Notes: generated by a model not told the origin, from the sequence alone. Counted from the stretch's first letter, positions 1-12,740 are shown. The stretch: DNA of 64,000 nt from Neoechinorhynchus agilis (GCA_051530055.1 CM121342.1:11237480-11301479); one strand, 5' to 3'. Program-made: numbers and translations.

Positions 1-560
1 AAATCACTCCAAATACGCCAACAGTCGTTATCTCCACAATTCAAAGCCAGTAACTCACGTTTGCGAGGGCGTTGAAATTGGACTGGAGAGAGTGGGCCAT
101 ATGGTTTATTGTCAAAGCGAAACGCAGAGGTTCCGAAGGATCCCCTGTTGAACACCGAATTGTGACCAAATAAGATCATTTCCGAAGACAAGGAGAGTGC
201 TACAACTACAAGCTGAATGGAAGTAGGGTAATACCTCCGGGAGATTACTACGGACTGCTCGAATCAAGGTTCCACGTCAATAGTGTTGAAGGCGTTGGCG
301 AAGTCGCATTTGTGCACGATTTGAATATCCTAGCCAGTATTAACAAAGGTACGCAAAGCATGCACAATCACCTCGGCTCCACAATGTGAGCAGCATCCGA
401 GTTGTACTGGCCATGGAATGTGGCCCGCTTCTTCTGTTACTCTTTTGGAAAGTATCTTGCTCGTAAGCCGGTGAAGGGTAGTGCCGATAGCAATGGGACG
501 ATTCCCACAGCGACGAAATATGAAGGAACAGGTGCAGAAAAACAAAAGGAGCTATCAATA
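1..560 (-). mobile_element. Degenerate CRE-clade (SLACS/MoTeR-like) non-LTR retrotransposon RT fragment
   Basis: Minus strand reads RPIAIGTTLHRLTSK...QLG..CGAEVIVHALR, then KCDFANAFNTID and GVQQGDP, with stops and frameshifts. These motifs are typical of CRE RT. Confidence 0.8.
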
Positions 561-588
561 GTAAAGTCACTGTTATAATAAACATTTC

Positions 589-690
589 GGTACTTGGGTA
601 TTATATCGACCACTCCCCAGTTTTCACACACTATCGTTACACAAAAACAAGGCACGAACTGGGGAGTGCTCGATATAACACCCAAGTACC
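589..690. mobile_element. 102-bp MITE with 34-bp TIRs and 8-bp TSD (Merlin- or hAT-like)
   Basis: TIRs at 589-622 and 657-690 (2 mismatches) with GG...CC termini. Flanked by AACATTTC at 581-588 and 691-698. Confidence 0.85.
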
Positions 691-2750
691 AACATTTCTT
701 TTACCAGTCTCCCTTAGGCGTCCCTGTCAATGTTCGTCCCTTAAAATCTTCAGGATTTTCGCGACCTTATCAGAAATTACGCCCGGTTTTGCGATTGTGC
801 TAAAGTTTTGCACTATATATTTGATATTTTCCTTATCGACCTTTTCAAATGTCCCAAAAGCTCTAGTTTCGTTTAGAAAAGCTGTGGTTTTAATTGTAGG
901 GGTAAGGAGAAAACATTTTCACAGTTAACAACTCAACTAATGCGATTTTTTAGACTTATAGCAAACAACGCACATCGTAAAAAAGCGCGTTGATTACAAA
1001 GTGGATCCATGTACTCGAGAGTGGTTCTTCTTCTCTCGGCAGGTTTATCTACGGGGCTGAAAAGAGTTTTCCGGGACATAAAGAGCATTAGAAATGCCGG
1101 AGGATTTTGCAAGTTTCGATACCTAATTGCCTTTGTTTATTTCAATTCTTCCTTTCTTCGTTTGCTTCTGAAACGGTTGCTTCATTGTGGATGGTTTTCC
1201 TCTACGCAGTTCAGTCGGCTGTAAGATTTTCGCATTTTTGTAGTTAATGTCGAAATTTCTCATCGAGTGTATTATCTGATCTTTAAATCTCTCGTTTTGG
1301 GGCTTCTCTGGACGCTTTCCATATCCGGGTTGTTCAAATAGACGTTGTTTGGGGTTCTAGAGCAGTGTTTCTCTAACATTTTTGTCTGTTGACACAGTAA
1401 AAAAAAATTTACAATTGCGGCGTACCGGCAACGTCAACAGTCATTTTATAATAAAGTGAAAGATTATTTTGTTTGCTTTTAGCCAAAATTAAACTTTATC
1501 CACCTTACATCCCGGTCCGAAACTATTCACAAATAAATCGAATTGTTTACATTTGGTCTCTGGTAGTTGATAGGTCCGCTCTATCATTGATCTATAGTCC
1601 GTATTATTGGAATCTTGAGCCCACGTTCACATACTTGCAGATGTTCAAGTGATAAACTATTTAAAAATGATTGCAAGGGTCTCAATCCACCTTAAGTTGA
1701 TAAAATAACTACCTAAGCTTATTAACGAATCTTATAAAAAATAAGGTTCTAGGGCCAGAGGAGAAATTATTGTTTTCAATAAACGATAAAAATTGGTGAG
1801 ACAACAAGAACGTGTCTAGAACGTTGACAAACCTTGATAATTTGACAATTATCCTACGAGATATCGGAAATTAATCAGTGAATTTAAATCGGGGTGGCAA
1901 AACTACCCAAAGAAAGTATCTTTTCACTAGAAGACAATAATCTAAAACATTTGATTTCATTAAAAGTACTTTTCAAAAATTTTAATAAAAAATCTGTGCT
2001 TTTTACAGGGAAAGTCAATCGCTAAAATTCTGGTTTGCCCTTCGATGTTAAAATGTTAAAGAAATGGGGTAGAATTGATTACATTGATTAGTGAGGTTCT
2101 TGCGGCATTATAAGTTTTATCAATATTAATGGTTAAATTGGCATCCTTAAGAGTACCGGAAAGGTCATTAATGCATCCTAAAATGTTGTTCGAGTAATAA
2201 ATTGACTTAAGATATAAACTATACAGATAATTTTTGATCATTTCTTCGTCTTGCTTTGATATGGCCTTACGCTTGACATCATAATGAAGCGTATATTATT
2301 TTAATTTCTTGAAAAAATCTTTATATGTGACAGTTCTTCGAAATTTCTACGCCTACATGCATTGCAATACTCTTACGGTTTTTGCTAAAACTATTTGAAT
2401 GAAAAGAATGAAACAACAGACAATTTAATCTCAAAAATGTTTGGCTTCATCCGTTATTGCTCGAAATCCAATAAAATTGCGCCGACGCGTCATTTTCATG
2501 GCTATAGTCTAGATAAGCCCTTCAAATCAGTTCTTCACTTGTCAATTGTCAGTCCAATACGACATTAACCAATCTCCGCAATGTCCAAATGTAGACGATG
2601 GAAGCCATATTATGCACAAGCATTATATTATGCATAGTCTAGAAATTATCTAAAGATAGCATGCGAAAGTTATCATAGTCGCGACTGTCCATATTTAAGG
2701 TGATTTGTATATAAGCACAGGAATTCTACTTCTAAGACACTAACAAAATC

Positions 2751-3279
2751 ATGCTCCTGCTTGCAACTGTCTTCTCTTTGATTGCCTTCGCTTGTGCGGA
2801 CTTCAGCCATGAGGTGAACCACTGCGGAGGTACGGGTACTCCTTGAAAGTGCTTTAAACACAATTCGCCGGAATTGTCTTTAGGTTCTGAAACTGCTCTA
2901 AAGTCAGTGGAGGTCGTCGGATGTGGCAGTCTAAGTGATGGAGTCTGCAGCGCTAAACATAATGACAAAATCAAACAAGTTACTGTTTTCGGTCTGTAGA
3001 CACCTTTTATTTCGAATTTCGGAGGACGTGTCTTTAGATGGTGAGCAGGATGATTATACTGTTCATGTTCTGGGAAGAAAAGGCGATCGCACTTTAGAAA
3101 TCAATGCTAAACCGGAACATTTCAAAGCTGTTTGCAATGGAGGCAAGTGCACTCTGGTCCATCATTATATGATTTTACCGGCATTCCCAACTGGCGAGTC
3201 GCAAATCGATTACAGTATTAGATCCAAGAAGGGAACTGTAGTTGTCTGCTACAATTTCGGCTTTGTGATCAGTGCGTAG
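2751..3279 (+). CDS. Secreted ML-domain (NPC2/MD-2-like lipid-binding) protein, 3 exons, 142 aa
   Basis: Exons 2751-2829, 2884-2991 and 3038-3279 joined by GT-AG introns give an open frame. It has a signal peptide (MLLLATVFSLIAFACA), ML-type Cys spacing and the C-terminal ILPAFP...KGTVVVCYNFGFVIS pattern. Confidence 0.7.
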
Positions 3280-4309
3280 TAAACTTTAATAAAATACAGT
3301 GGTTTGGGCATGTTTATGAATAGGGTTAGCATTTTTGTTTGTGATTAACGTTTCGACAAAATAGCAAGGATTTTTAGTTTCTCGCTGAATTCGATTATTT
3401 AAACCAATCGTCGATAAATGAAACGGTCCTAAAGCAGAATTCCACATCAGTCATTGTATAACGAATTTCACTGACTGTGCTATTAAAAGTTTTGAATAAG
3501 CAATCTATATTTAAATCATGGAGAGAAAATAATTCTCATACAACACAAAACAACGTAAACTTTTTTTAGATAACTGGAAAGACGAGGCTTCCTCGCTAAA
3601 TATTTCATATCAATAAAATATCTTTTATCTGGGATTATCGCCACCACAATTAAATCTTTAATTAAATGAGGAATTGAAGAGTTCCGCTCCTTTCCGCTTT
3701 TTGAAATCTGGATCTTTAGCGAAGGAATGAACACAAAAAATTGCGCATTCATCGTTCCTTTTCTGACAGGCAGTGGAAAACAGTCGATTTGTACAGAAAT
3801 GGAAACAGAGTCACAGATTAGGCTTAGATTATGCATTTTGGCAATAAAAATGGATTTAGAAAATATAAAATGAAAACAAACTCTTTAAGATTTGATGGAT
3901 TCCGAAGGTGTAGTGTAACCTCTACAACACTACGGTTTCCAAATGTTATTTAAAGGCGAAATAGATCGTTAATAAGAATCAAGATTTGTAGCAGGTATTG
4001 AGAACATCTTTAATTTTTACCATTAACATACGAACATTTATCACAGTATTCTTGTTGGGCGGTTCAAACCAAACGCAAAAAGTCCTTAAATTGGTTCTGA
4101 GCATTTGTGGAGTTTTCCGAAATTAAATATTTTACAAAAACGCAAACGACAAATTGATACAGACAGCCATTTCTCAACAAATAATGAGAGTATTGAAAAA
4201 ATGTCACTTTTTAACGGAAGGTGTTAACTTTTGGGTTTATCCGACGCAGATGAGTTCAAAATGATGGCCTTTTCTTACTCTGAAATTCGAGTGGGTGTCC
4301 TGTCTTAAT

Positions 4310-4410
4310 TATATACCTCATTCCGCGCCACTCCATTGGGCCGTTGTTATCACGCTTGCCGTGTTGCCCCGTTGAATAGCCACACTCAAGCGTTGGATGA
4401 GGAAACACAA
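4310..4410 (-). mobile_element. CRE retrotransposon 3' end fragment (REL endonuclease C-terminus)
   Basis: Minus frame FLIQRLSVAIQRGNTASVI matches the CRE terminal motif R.S.A.QRGNAAS. Confidence 0.75.
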
Positions 4411-4813
4411 GTACGGAAAAAAAGTAGGAAATCCGCATACCTCGATCAGCTTTCTGTTCTCTTAAAAGGAAAACAGACGCATATCTGATAAAGAAGAATT
4501 TAATGAAAACAAAATTGATTCAGTTCAGAAATTGTGTATTTAAAACAGTTAAGCAATTTTTGTATCAATTTAAGTGCAAAAATGACGTTAGAAGATAATG
4601 CCAGCGAATACAATATCTTCTTGGTTTAAAGCAAAAGAAACCGTTGAATCCAAAAAAACTGGATACGTGTCAACCTCCACAGACCACTTATCTTTTGAGG
4701 AGAATTGCCCTTTCAAAAATTGGGTCGAAAAACGAACACTAAGCAATCGATGATTTCGTTCTTTCTTATTGATTCATTTCATGGTTCCTTGATGGGGGGT
4801 AAAGCGTTTTAAA

Positions 4814-6274
4814 ATGGATTGTTCAATCAGCGGATCCAATGTTCGTACTTTTGCTCGTTTGCTGTACACAATCGGCCGGATGGCAAATTCGATGCATGTT
4901 CGATGCAATGAGCATGAATTTGAGTTCATTGGTCTTAACACGGCACAAAGCTCGTTCTTTAAAATCAAACTGCCCAACCGATTCTTTTTATACTACTCGT
5001 GCCGCAATGTGTTATCGGCATCCGTGGTCGTTAAATCAATGGTTGCCGCCTTCCGATCTTTCCTAACAACAAATAACTATCTATCGCGATATCACGAAGC
5101 AAATAGTGGCGCTGAAATTTGCAGAGTCCGAATGACGATGACGGACGCCGGAATACGCGTCCGGATTGAAAATCAGGCGGCATCAGGAATACTACTTAGA
5201 AAATGGTTTGATATATTCTTCGAAGAACAAATGCGCCCGGTGCCTATATTGACTGTGTTTTCGGGAACGAATTCAAAGAGAACCAAATTTTAGTCGGCGT
5301 GTTAGCAAGTTCGTTAATGATTTTTAAGGGTAAACTGAATGCGAAATTATGAATGACTAAATTATATCGACGCTAAAGAATGTAGGTGGTACGTTGTCTA
5401 CGTCCTAAAATTTTATTTGCTTTTCTTCTAATGATCCACTGCGGTCAAAGAATCCACTATTTCTTGGACTCTCTTGACTTCAAAAAACTGAACGATTCCT
5501 ATGTTCATTTTACCTTCCTAGTTTTTTTAGCTCTTCGTGTCCCCCTGAAATCGATAATACAGTCAATCTAAGATCGCACTTCCGACATCATCTGTCCCGT
5601 ACCAACTCATTGTTAGTTCAAAACTGATGTTCACTCTTCTGTCGGCATGCGATACAATGAGTGAGATCACTTTAGCGTTCGATTCTAAAAATCAAATACG
5701 TTTGGAAATTAAATGGCACGGCGACGTTCGAAGTACTGTCAGTATTCCTTCGTTAAGTGAAGTCGGAATGTTTGACGATAACTACGAGACACTATCGTTT
5801 TCGAACAAAGAGCTAAAACCATTTTTGTCGTTTGCTGATTGGTTAGTAAATGAAGGACTCTATTCGGGCAAAGCAGTTATTTTGATTCAAAGAAAACGAG
5901 GTGATCCGATCGGATTTCGCTTAAATGAATCTGATTTCGAATTTGAGCTTGTTCTTGCAACCGCTACGATCAATGTAGACGAGTACACAGCTAGCACGAA
6001 GAACATTCAAAACTTACAGATCTCGAAAAGTGACCTAGACGAAACACTGGTGACCGGGCATTCACCGGTGGCATTGAATCCAAGCCAATTAAACGAAAAC
6101 GCATCCCAACATATCATGGATGTATCCATCGGTCACATGGATGACGAGGAACTTGTTTTGTGCAGTCAAGCAATCGAAATTTTTAACCTGGATCAAAATG
6201 AAGCAGCCTTTAGTCAACAAACACAATTCTCACAAAGTGATATTCTTGCGCCTGATAGTGATTGTAGCCAATAA
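4814..6274 (+). CDS. RAD9: 9-1-1 checkpoint clamp subunit Rad9 (exons approx. 4814-5239 and 5576-6274)
   Basis: N-terminus MDCSISGSNVRTFARLLYTIGR..LNTAQS and C-terminal FSNKELKPFLSFAD...GDPI...FELVLAT match the Rad9 PCNA-like fold. Ends in an acidic S/TQ-rich tail. Confidence 0.85.
5240..5575 (+). other. Hairpin-bounded non-canonical intron in RAD9 (boundaries +/- a few nt)
   Basis: Arms 5248-5263 ATTGACTGTGTTTTCG and 5552-5567 CGATAATACAGTCAAT, plus terminal GTGC/GCAC. Removal gives EQMRP|ALPTSSVPYQL, colinear with Rad9. Confidence 0.6.
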
Positions 6275-7105
6275 TGTGATTCCTTTTCCTCTTTAATTCG
6301 TGACTTCAAAAGGAAATATCTACTTTTTTGAAATTAAAAGACTAGGAAAACCATCTAAGTTTTCTATACCTTTGTGAAGAGTATTACAGATGCGATAAAA
6401 CTATGTTTCAGTGTCCTTGCTTCATCATTCCTTTATTTTCAAGAAATATTGAAAAAATAAGTTTTAGTGACCTCTCCAGAAAAGTTCGGACGATGTTTCA
6501 AGGAACGCAATAAAAGTTGCAATTTTTTACTCTCGAGAATATAATCTTGTCATTAAAAGAATGATGCAAAATTCACAAGGATAAAAGTGCCCGGATATTT
6601 TTTTCAAAAGTGAGAGCCCATGACTATAATAATCCGTCAAACTATTTTGGTATCCTTTCGAAATATCGAATAAATGCGCTTCTGTAGACTCCTTATTCTA
6701 TAAAAGTTAATCGACGGTATCTTATCGAGAAACACCTATTTTTGTTTCCTATCCTAGGGCTTACCTAAAATCTTGATCAAAACAAAAAGCATCTTCTCCC
6801 AAATATCATAAAACAGAAATCACTAGATGATATATAAAAACACTGAATACTCTACACTCCTCAGGAAAAGTAAATGTCTACTTAATAGCACTAACACTCG
6901 GATTTTATTAATCTTATAAATTCTCTCGTTTTATTGCCAAATAATCGACGTGGCTTCAGAAATTTTGCGGGTATTTAAAATGGAGATGAATTCTTATTAT
7001 TTTTCGAGATTGCATTTTTAAATTCATTCAATTTTCATTACAAAACATTTTTTTCTATATATCATACCTAATTTCAATGTTTAATCGTTCTCAGATTTGA
7101 TTCAA

Positions 7106-8321
7106 ATGATGAGACATGAGAATGATTCTAGTTCCGGTACAACAATGAGGGCATTGGTTCTCGCGAAAATCGAAAAATTGACTTCTAAATCTTCAAACTT
7201 TCTTCATCTTATCGAAGTTCCTAAACCAGTTCCATTAGAAAGTCAGGTACTTGTTGCAGCGAAGGTTTTATCACTTTACTTTTTTAGGTGCTGAAACCTC
7301 TGCGTTAAAGTGAAAGCCTGCGCGATCTGTAGAACTGACATTGATGAGATAGAGGGTCGTTTAAAAGTGGAACACTCCGACAAAACGCATACTATTTTGG
7401 GACATCAGATTATTGGAACTGTCGTACAGCTTGGTCCTAACGTTTCCAGCGCGGATTTACTAAACAAGACGGTAGGAATAGGTTGGTATTATTCTTCGTG
7501 TAAGAAATGTATGCATTGTACGGAACAAGCACGGCTGTCCTTTGCAAGTAGTCGCTATCACCACAAAAGGGCAGCAGAGTTTGTTTAATAGCGCTGGGCA
7601 GCAAAATCTCTGCTCAAAGTTCAAAGCAACTGGTTGTCACGTTCAAGGAGGTTATGCGGAGTACATCGCAGTTCCAGAGGATGCATGCTTCGCATTTACC
7701 ACTCAAGTAGATATGGAACATGCGCCTTTATTGTGTGCTGGTGCGATTGGCAATCGGGCTCTTCGGCTGGCTAATATTGAGAATAAAAATAACGCAAATA
7801 TAGGATTTATCGGTTTCGGTGCATGCGGTCACTTAATGCTTAAGATGTGTTCTCTAATGCCCACAAAGCCTAGTTGTTATGTGTTCGCAAGAAGTCCTAA
7901 TCAAAAGAAATTTGCAATTGATTTGGGTGCTGTGTGGACCGGCGACTGCGGTGCATTGGCCCCAACAAAATTGGACGTTATCGTGGACACAACACCCACT
8001 TGGATGGCTTATATATACGGCCTTAGAAATCTTAAACCGGGAGGGCGTCTAGTTGTGAACGCAATCAGAAAAGAATCAGATGATAAAGCAGAAATGTGCG
8101 AAATATTGAGCTATGCTGAGCACTTGTGGATGGAACGGGAGATCAAATCCGTGGCTAATATAACCCCCGACGATATACAAGCAATGGTTTCCATGATTAA
8201 TAAGTGCCCGGATAAACTTAAATCCGAGGTGGAGGTTGTCAGACCTGAGAAAGCAGAGCAAGCCATACTGAATATAAAATTCAGCGGTTTTATTGGTGCA
8301 AAGGTTATTCAATTCCATTAG
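7106..8321 (+). CDS. Zn-dependent alcohol dehydrogenase of the bacterial CAD2-like MDR subfamily, interrupted by two short hairpin insertions
   Basis: CAICRTDIDEIEGR, LGHQIIG, C-x2-C-x2-C-x7-C structural Zn site, APLLCAGAIG, GFGACGH and IVDTTP...GGRLVVNAIRKE...HLWMEREIKSVAN. Joining 7145-7255 + 7307-7519 + 7590-8321 gives 352 codons. Confidence 0.85.
7256..7306 (+). other. 51-nt hairpin insertion / non-canonical intron in ADH
   Basis: Contains an in-frame TGA (7292-7294). Arms GCAGCGAAGGTTT and AAACCTCTGC, with a GTT direct repeat. Removal restores QVLV|KVKAC. Confidence 0.65.
7520..7589 (+). other. 70-nt hairpin insertion / non-canonical intron in ADH
   Basis: Arms 7524-7544 and 7564-7585 pair at 19/21 positions, and the insertion shifts the frame. 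Removal restores CMHC|SAGQQNLC with correct Cys spacing. TA direct repeat at the junction. Confidence 0.7.
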
Positions 8322-10005
8322 GACTTATAAAAACAACGAAAGGTTTTCGTGATTAATGGAAAACATTGAAGGTTTTGATCGCATAGATAAAATTGTTTAG
8401 AGCAACTTTTCTGTGGAATCACGGCCGTGGGCGTTGTCTGAAAAGGACGGAATTTAAATGCACAAACACTAGTTTACTCGAAAAATAGTGTATAATATCT
8501 TGTAAGCTCTAAAAAATCCTGAAATTTTAAAAAAACGGAATCGGAAATTTTGTTTCATTCGATACTCTCCCGTTGATCCATCTAGCTCCTCAGTAGATAC
8601 TAGCTTTAAAATGCATACTTTGTTTTTCCTAGTGAGCGATGTGCGTTCTTGAAGCGAGTAAAGGTCATAAATATCGAATCGTTTGATAGTCAACAAATGA
8701 GTTTACCAAATTTTCCCACATTGTAATCTCAGGCACCTTTCCCGACATATCTCATTATGAACTTTCTACCGACAATATTTATTACAGCGTATATTTGAAA
8801 ATGTTTTATACTGATAATGTAGGAATTGGATCCAAATGTGTAGTTTTCCTGGGATGGGTTGCCGACATTGTGAGCTGCGATAAGAGGGGTTGCAAAATAA
8901 TGTTATATCTGACAAGGTTCACAATCGCATTTTTATGTTATCGCCATGCGTCCCGTTTGGAAAATTTTCAGGACTTTTTGCAGTTATCAAAAGTATCAAC
9001 AAAAATGAACCGCAAAATTTCTACGCTCTGAAAAGATTTAATTCAAAGTCTTAAATGTTAAGGCATTTTACAAAGGATCAGCTTAGCGATTAATTTTTTA
9101 TTGATAGAGTTAAGAGATGTAGTGACAAAAGTTGCTTTTTAATTACTATTGGATAACCAGTGTTGTGCTACGTAGTAAATATTATATTTGTTAATGATGT
9201 CGAGCATTGGTGACCGAAAGCAAGAGATTGCGTAAAATGCGTTCATATTGGACGTTGAAATGGATAAAAGGAAACTCCTAAGTAATATCAGGCGAACGGT
9301 AACATTGTGCTATTCGTTAGTTTTTTGCAGTTATATAATTTTTACAATCGTAATGAGTTTAAAAAGTATTCTAATTTTGAAGGATAATGGTTCCTTATTT
9401 TAGGATCAGCACCATGAAGGTGTTAAGAATTTGCTTATATTATGATCTTATTTCCAATGGACAATATATGAAGTTTATGTTATGCGATCAATAGTGGGTA
9501 GATTTCAGATGCTGACTCAAAAATATCTAAAAGCCAGTCTGTACCTCTTTATTAATTTTTGACCTTTTATCATAGCGTCAATTTCCCAAAAGATAAAAGA
9601 CGCCGATTCTATTTGCTTTCGGATAATATCTAACTGCTAATTTGTATCGCATCGATTTCCTTCTATCTTAAATTGGTTTAGTATATTTGTGGCCAATCAT
9701 TGAAATCAATTGAAGATCGCCGCATTTCTCAGCTAGTGCAATTTTTCTCAGCACACACAATAATTAATAATTCAAAGTCATTCCGACTTTATTAATTTCT
9801 TGCTGTTTTGGATGGAAATGTTCAAATTAAAAAATTTCGATTAAAAAGCATTAACAATTTTTATTGCAGCATAAATTTTTATCCTTTGAATCTCAAATGA
9901 AACCTTTAGCCATTTCATCGATGTAAACTTGATCGAATTTCAGCTCATTGCAACTAACCGCTTCGTTTCGTTTCTTGAATTTTTAAATGTTTGACAAACA
10001 GTATA

Positions 10006-10815
10006 TTATTTGTCTTTGCAATTTCTACTATTGAACGCCTTTTTCTTACGGTAAAAATTTGAAATTTTTTGTTCGTATCCCTTTTCCGCATCCTTAATTT
10101 CATCTTCGTTATTATTCTCCATTGAAATTATCCCGCAAGCGCATTCATTGCCTAGCCTTTTAGAACAGTATTGTATCGCATTGTTCGCTAGAGCACCATC
10201 ATTCATTTCACTCACTGGATGCATTTGTCCTTTGCTTGAAACTGCGACAAGTTTTGGATTCTTCTTTTCATCCGGCGATTCCTTTAAATCTATTGTTTCA
10301 CATTGTAATACACTTTTTTGATTTACCATTTTATGGGATTTTCTTTTATGTTTTGGCTTCGAAATAAAATCTCGTACAATTGCACTAGATCCACTAAAAT
10401 TTCGATCGATAGCATCTTGGATTTCATCCTCTGTGTCTTCATCTGTTTCCACTCCGTCGGGATTAGCCTTCGGTCTCAATCGATAATTAAATGGATCCAA
10501 TTTTTTCCATAGCTTTACATCCTCTTCACAGAAGCACTCTCTATCAACTGGGTACATTCTATTTTCCTCTGTGAATAGACGGTCACTAAAAACAGCTCTT
10601 GTCACCGCATCGCCAACGAACAGAAGATCGTATTCCGGATCCTTTTCCGTGCTTTTTTCCTCATAGTAGCATATCGATTCTCTTCGCATCTCATAAATCT
10701 CATCAGAACACATATAGTCAAGGCAGTTTTCAATAGTCTCTACTGATTTGAGTGGCAAATCATGGTCGTCAGCAAATGTGACGCTTTTTTTAGGATTTTC
10801 ATTTCGGTCGCTCAT
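10006..10815 (-). CDS. Hypothetical 269-aa acidic protein with RVxF-like PP1-docking motif
   Basis: Long intronless ORF. KKSVTFADDHDLPL resembles the PP1 regulatory-subunit motif. No other domain recognised. Confidence 0.5.
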   Translation of the reverse strand: MSDRNENPKKSVTFADDHDLPLKSVETIENCLDYMCSDEIYEMRRESICYYEEKSTEKDPEYDLLFVGDAVTRAVFSDRLFTEENRMYPVDRECFCEEDVKLWKKLDPFNYRLRPKANPDGVETDEDTEDEIQDAIDRNFSGSSAIVRDFISKPKHKRKSHKMVNQKSVLQCETIDLKESPDEKKNPKLVAVSSKGQMHPVSEMNDGALANNAIQYCSKRLGNECACGIISMENNNEDEIKDAEKGYEQKISNFYRKKKAFNSRNCKDK

Positions 10816-12740
10816 TTCCTCATTTATTGCGAAGTAGATGGTTAATTTAATCGATGAAGGTTATGAACAGAGAGCAAGTCGTGTAGCGATCATCGCTCAT
10901 TCAAAAACATTATCATTGCGTCCCACTGCTGCGGCCAATCAGAATTCTTGATTAGAAACAATCGCTAAAAGGCACTAAAGCGCTCGGCGGTGAATTTCAT
11001 ATCATCTTAAAAAAATTACAGTGTGATCTAGAAAAGAAAAATTAATTTTTAAAATTTAATATCACTATCGCTATTAGCTTGATCGGCAAAACGTCACTAG
11101 TTAGAGCTATGGATTCTTCGCATTTTACTTGGAGCTTATACGTAACCCAGGACAATACGCCACGTCAATGTATTTAAAATTAAAAACCCTGCTCGAGGAC
11201 GTTTTCTCGTTTTGTTTTTCGTGTGAAAGTATTAATTTATTTTTAAAAAAGCTTAAAATGTCCTAATAAAATACGGAATTCACGATGCTTTGATAGATTG
11301 CATTTGCGCTATTTCAAGTAATGTATTTTCCTCATAAGTGTGCGACACCATAATAACTAGTTCAGCAATTAATGCAACTTTAAAGGCTAGTAACGCAATA
11401 TCGCATTCAAAGACGTAATTGAAGGCCTGAAACAAAAACTTGCAGCTATTTGTATTTTTTCTAGCAGTCGTAAATTTTTATTTCATCGATTGTCGTTCTG
11501 AACATTGCAAATATTTGAGCAAGAAAGATACGATTATTCAAATTGAAAAATTCGTGATTAGTAAATAATTTCAGTTCATTGTCGAATTTTGACATATTTG
11601 ATCATATAAAGAAAATCCTTCGGGGTAATAAAGTTAATATTATGGTGAATATACTCCCAGTTAAAACGTATAACAATAAAATACGATTTAACCGGTAGTA
11701 TAGTCACAACAATTTTAATTTGAAAAATTTATTCGCTCAAATCAAATGCATTAAATAGTTCTCACGAAATATCTTGTTTGTGACGTACAATAGAAAAAAG
11801 CATATTTTTCTAATTATATTGCTTATTTATTTGTTCACTCATATAACATCGTTTCATACACGCTCAGAAAATGTTCATTGTTAGAATCTCAAAGACGAGA
11901 CTGCAATAATTTTTAATTTCAGTTATTAGGGCGTTCTTTTTAAAGCAATAATTTTGACATTAGTCCTGCATGGATCGGTTGATTTTTTAGTTGCACAATC
12001 TGAATTCATTCTGAAAGTAAACGATGCCTATAGAAAAAGCAAAAAATTTAGTCGGTTCAGCATTCATTCGATTATGATGATAGTATGGAGAAATCAAATG
12101 AAGTTTTTGCATACTTAGGGTTAAGGATACTTTGATAATTTTAGCAAAAATAATGTTTTGCACGTATGTACTGCATCGTGAGAAACTATATTTATTATGA
12201 AAATTTAATATTTCTACCATTGATATAAAGATTTTGATTTTATTTTATGTTTGGTTAGCCGGTTACATTTTTACTTACACGGCTGATTATGTTCTTTTGG
12301 CTCACAGCGTGTCGAACTGCCCTAACCCAAATCGGTGGGCAATGAAGTCCAACTCCTTCTACTTGGTTCAACACACTAAAAGAGGTATTGTATCTTTTGA
12401 ATAATAACTGATTGTGGTTATTAATTAATTGTTAGTTTTCTGAATGTGTCGTTTTGTAATAAAAATAATACCCAATCAGAATTAAACCAAGATAAAATTT
12501 GCACGCCATTGGCTTTCCGCATTGTTTTTCTTCAATGTGGTAAATGTACAAAATGAAATAAAGTAGAGCCGGAAAACTTGAAAGCGCTTCTTCATAAAAG
12601 ATTCCATCATGTTTTGTTTTTGAATTCATACTTGGGCGGCCAGTTGTAAAGATAAAGAAAAAATTTATCCTCGAGCTTTCGCCTACTAACGGCTATTTCA
12701 GGAATCTACAAAGGCGAGAGGAGCATTGCAACATATTAAA

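Noticed and set aside
594-803. Mirror-like ORFs on both strands (437-685 and 594-803)
   Set aside because: Artefact of translating the MITE palindrome.
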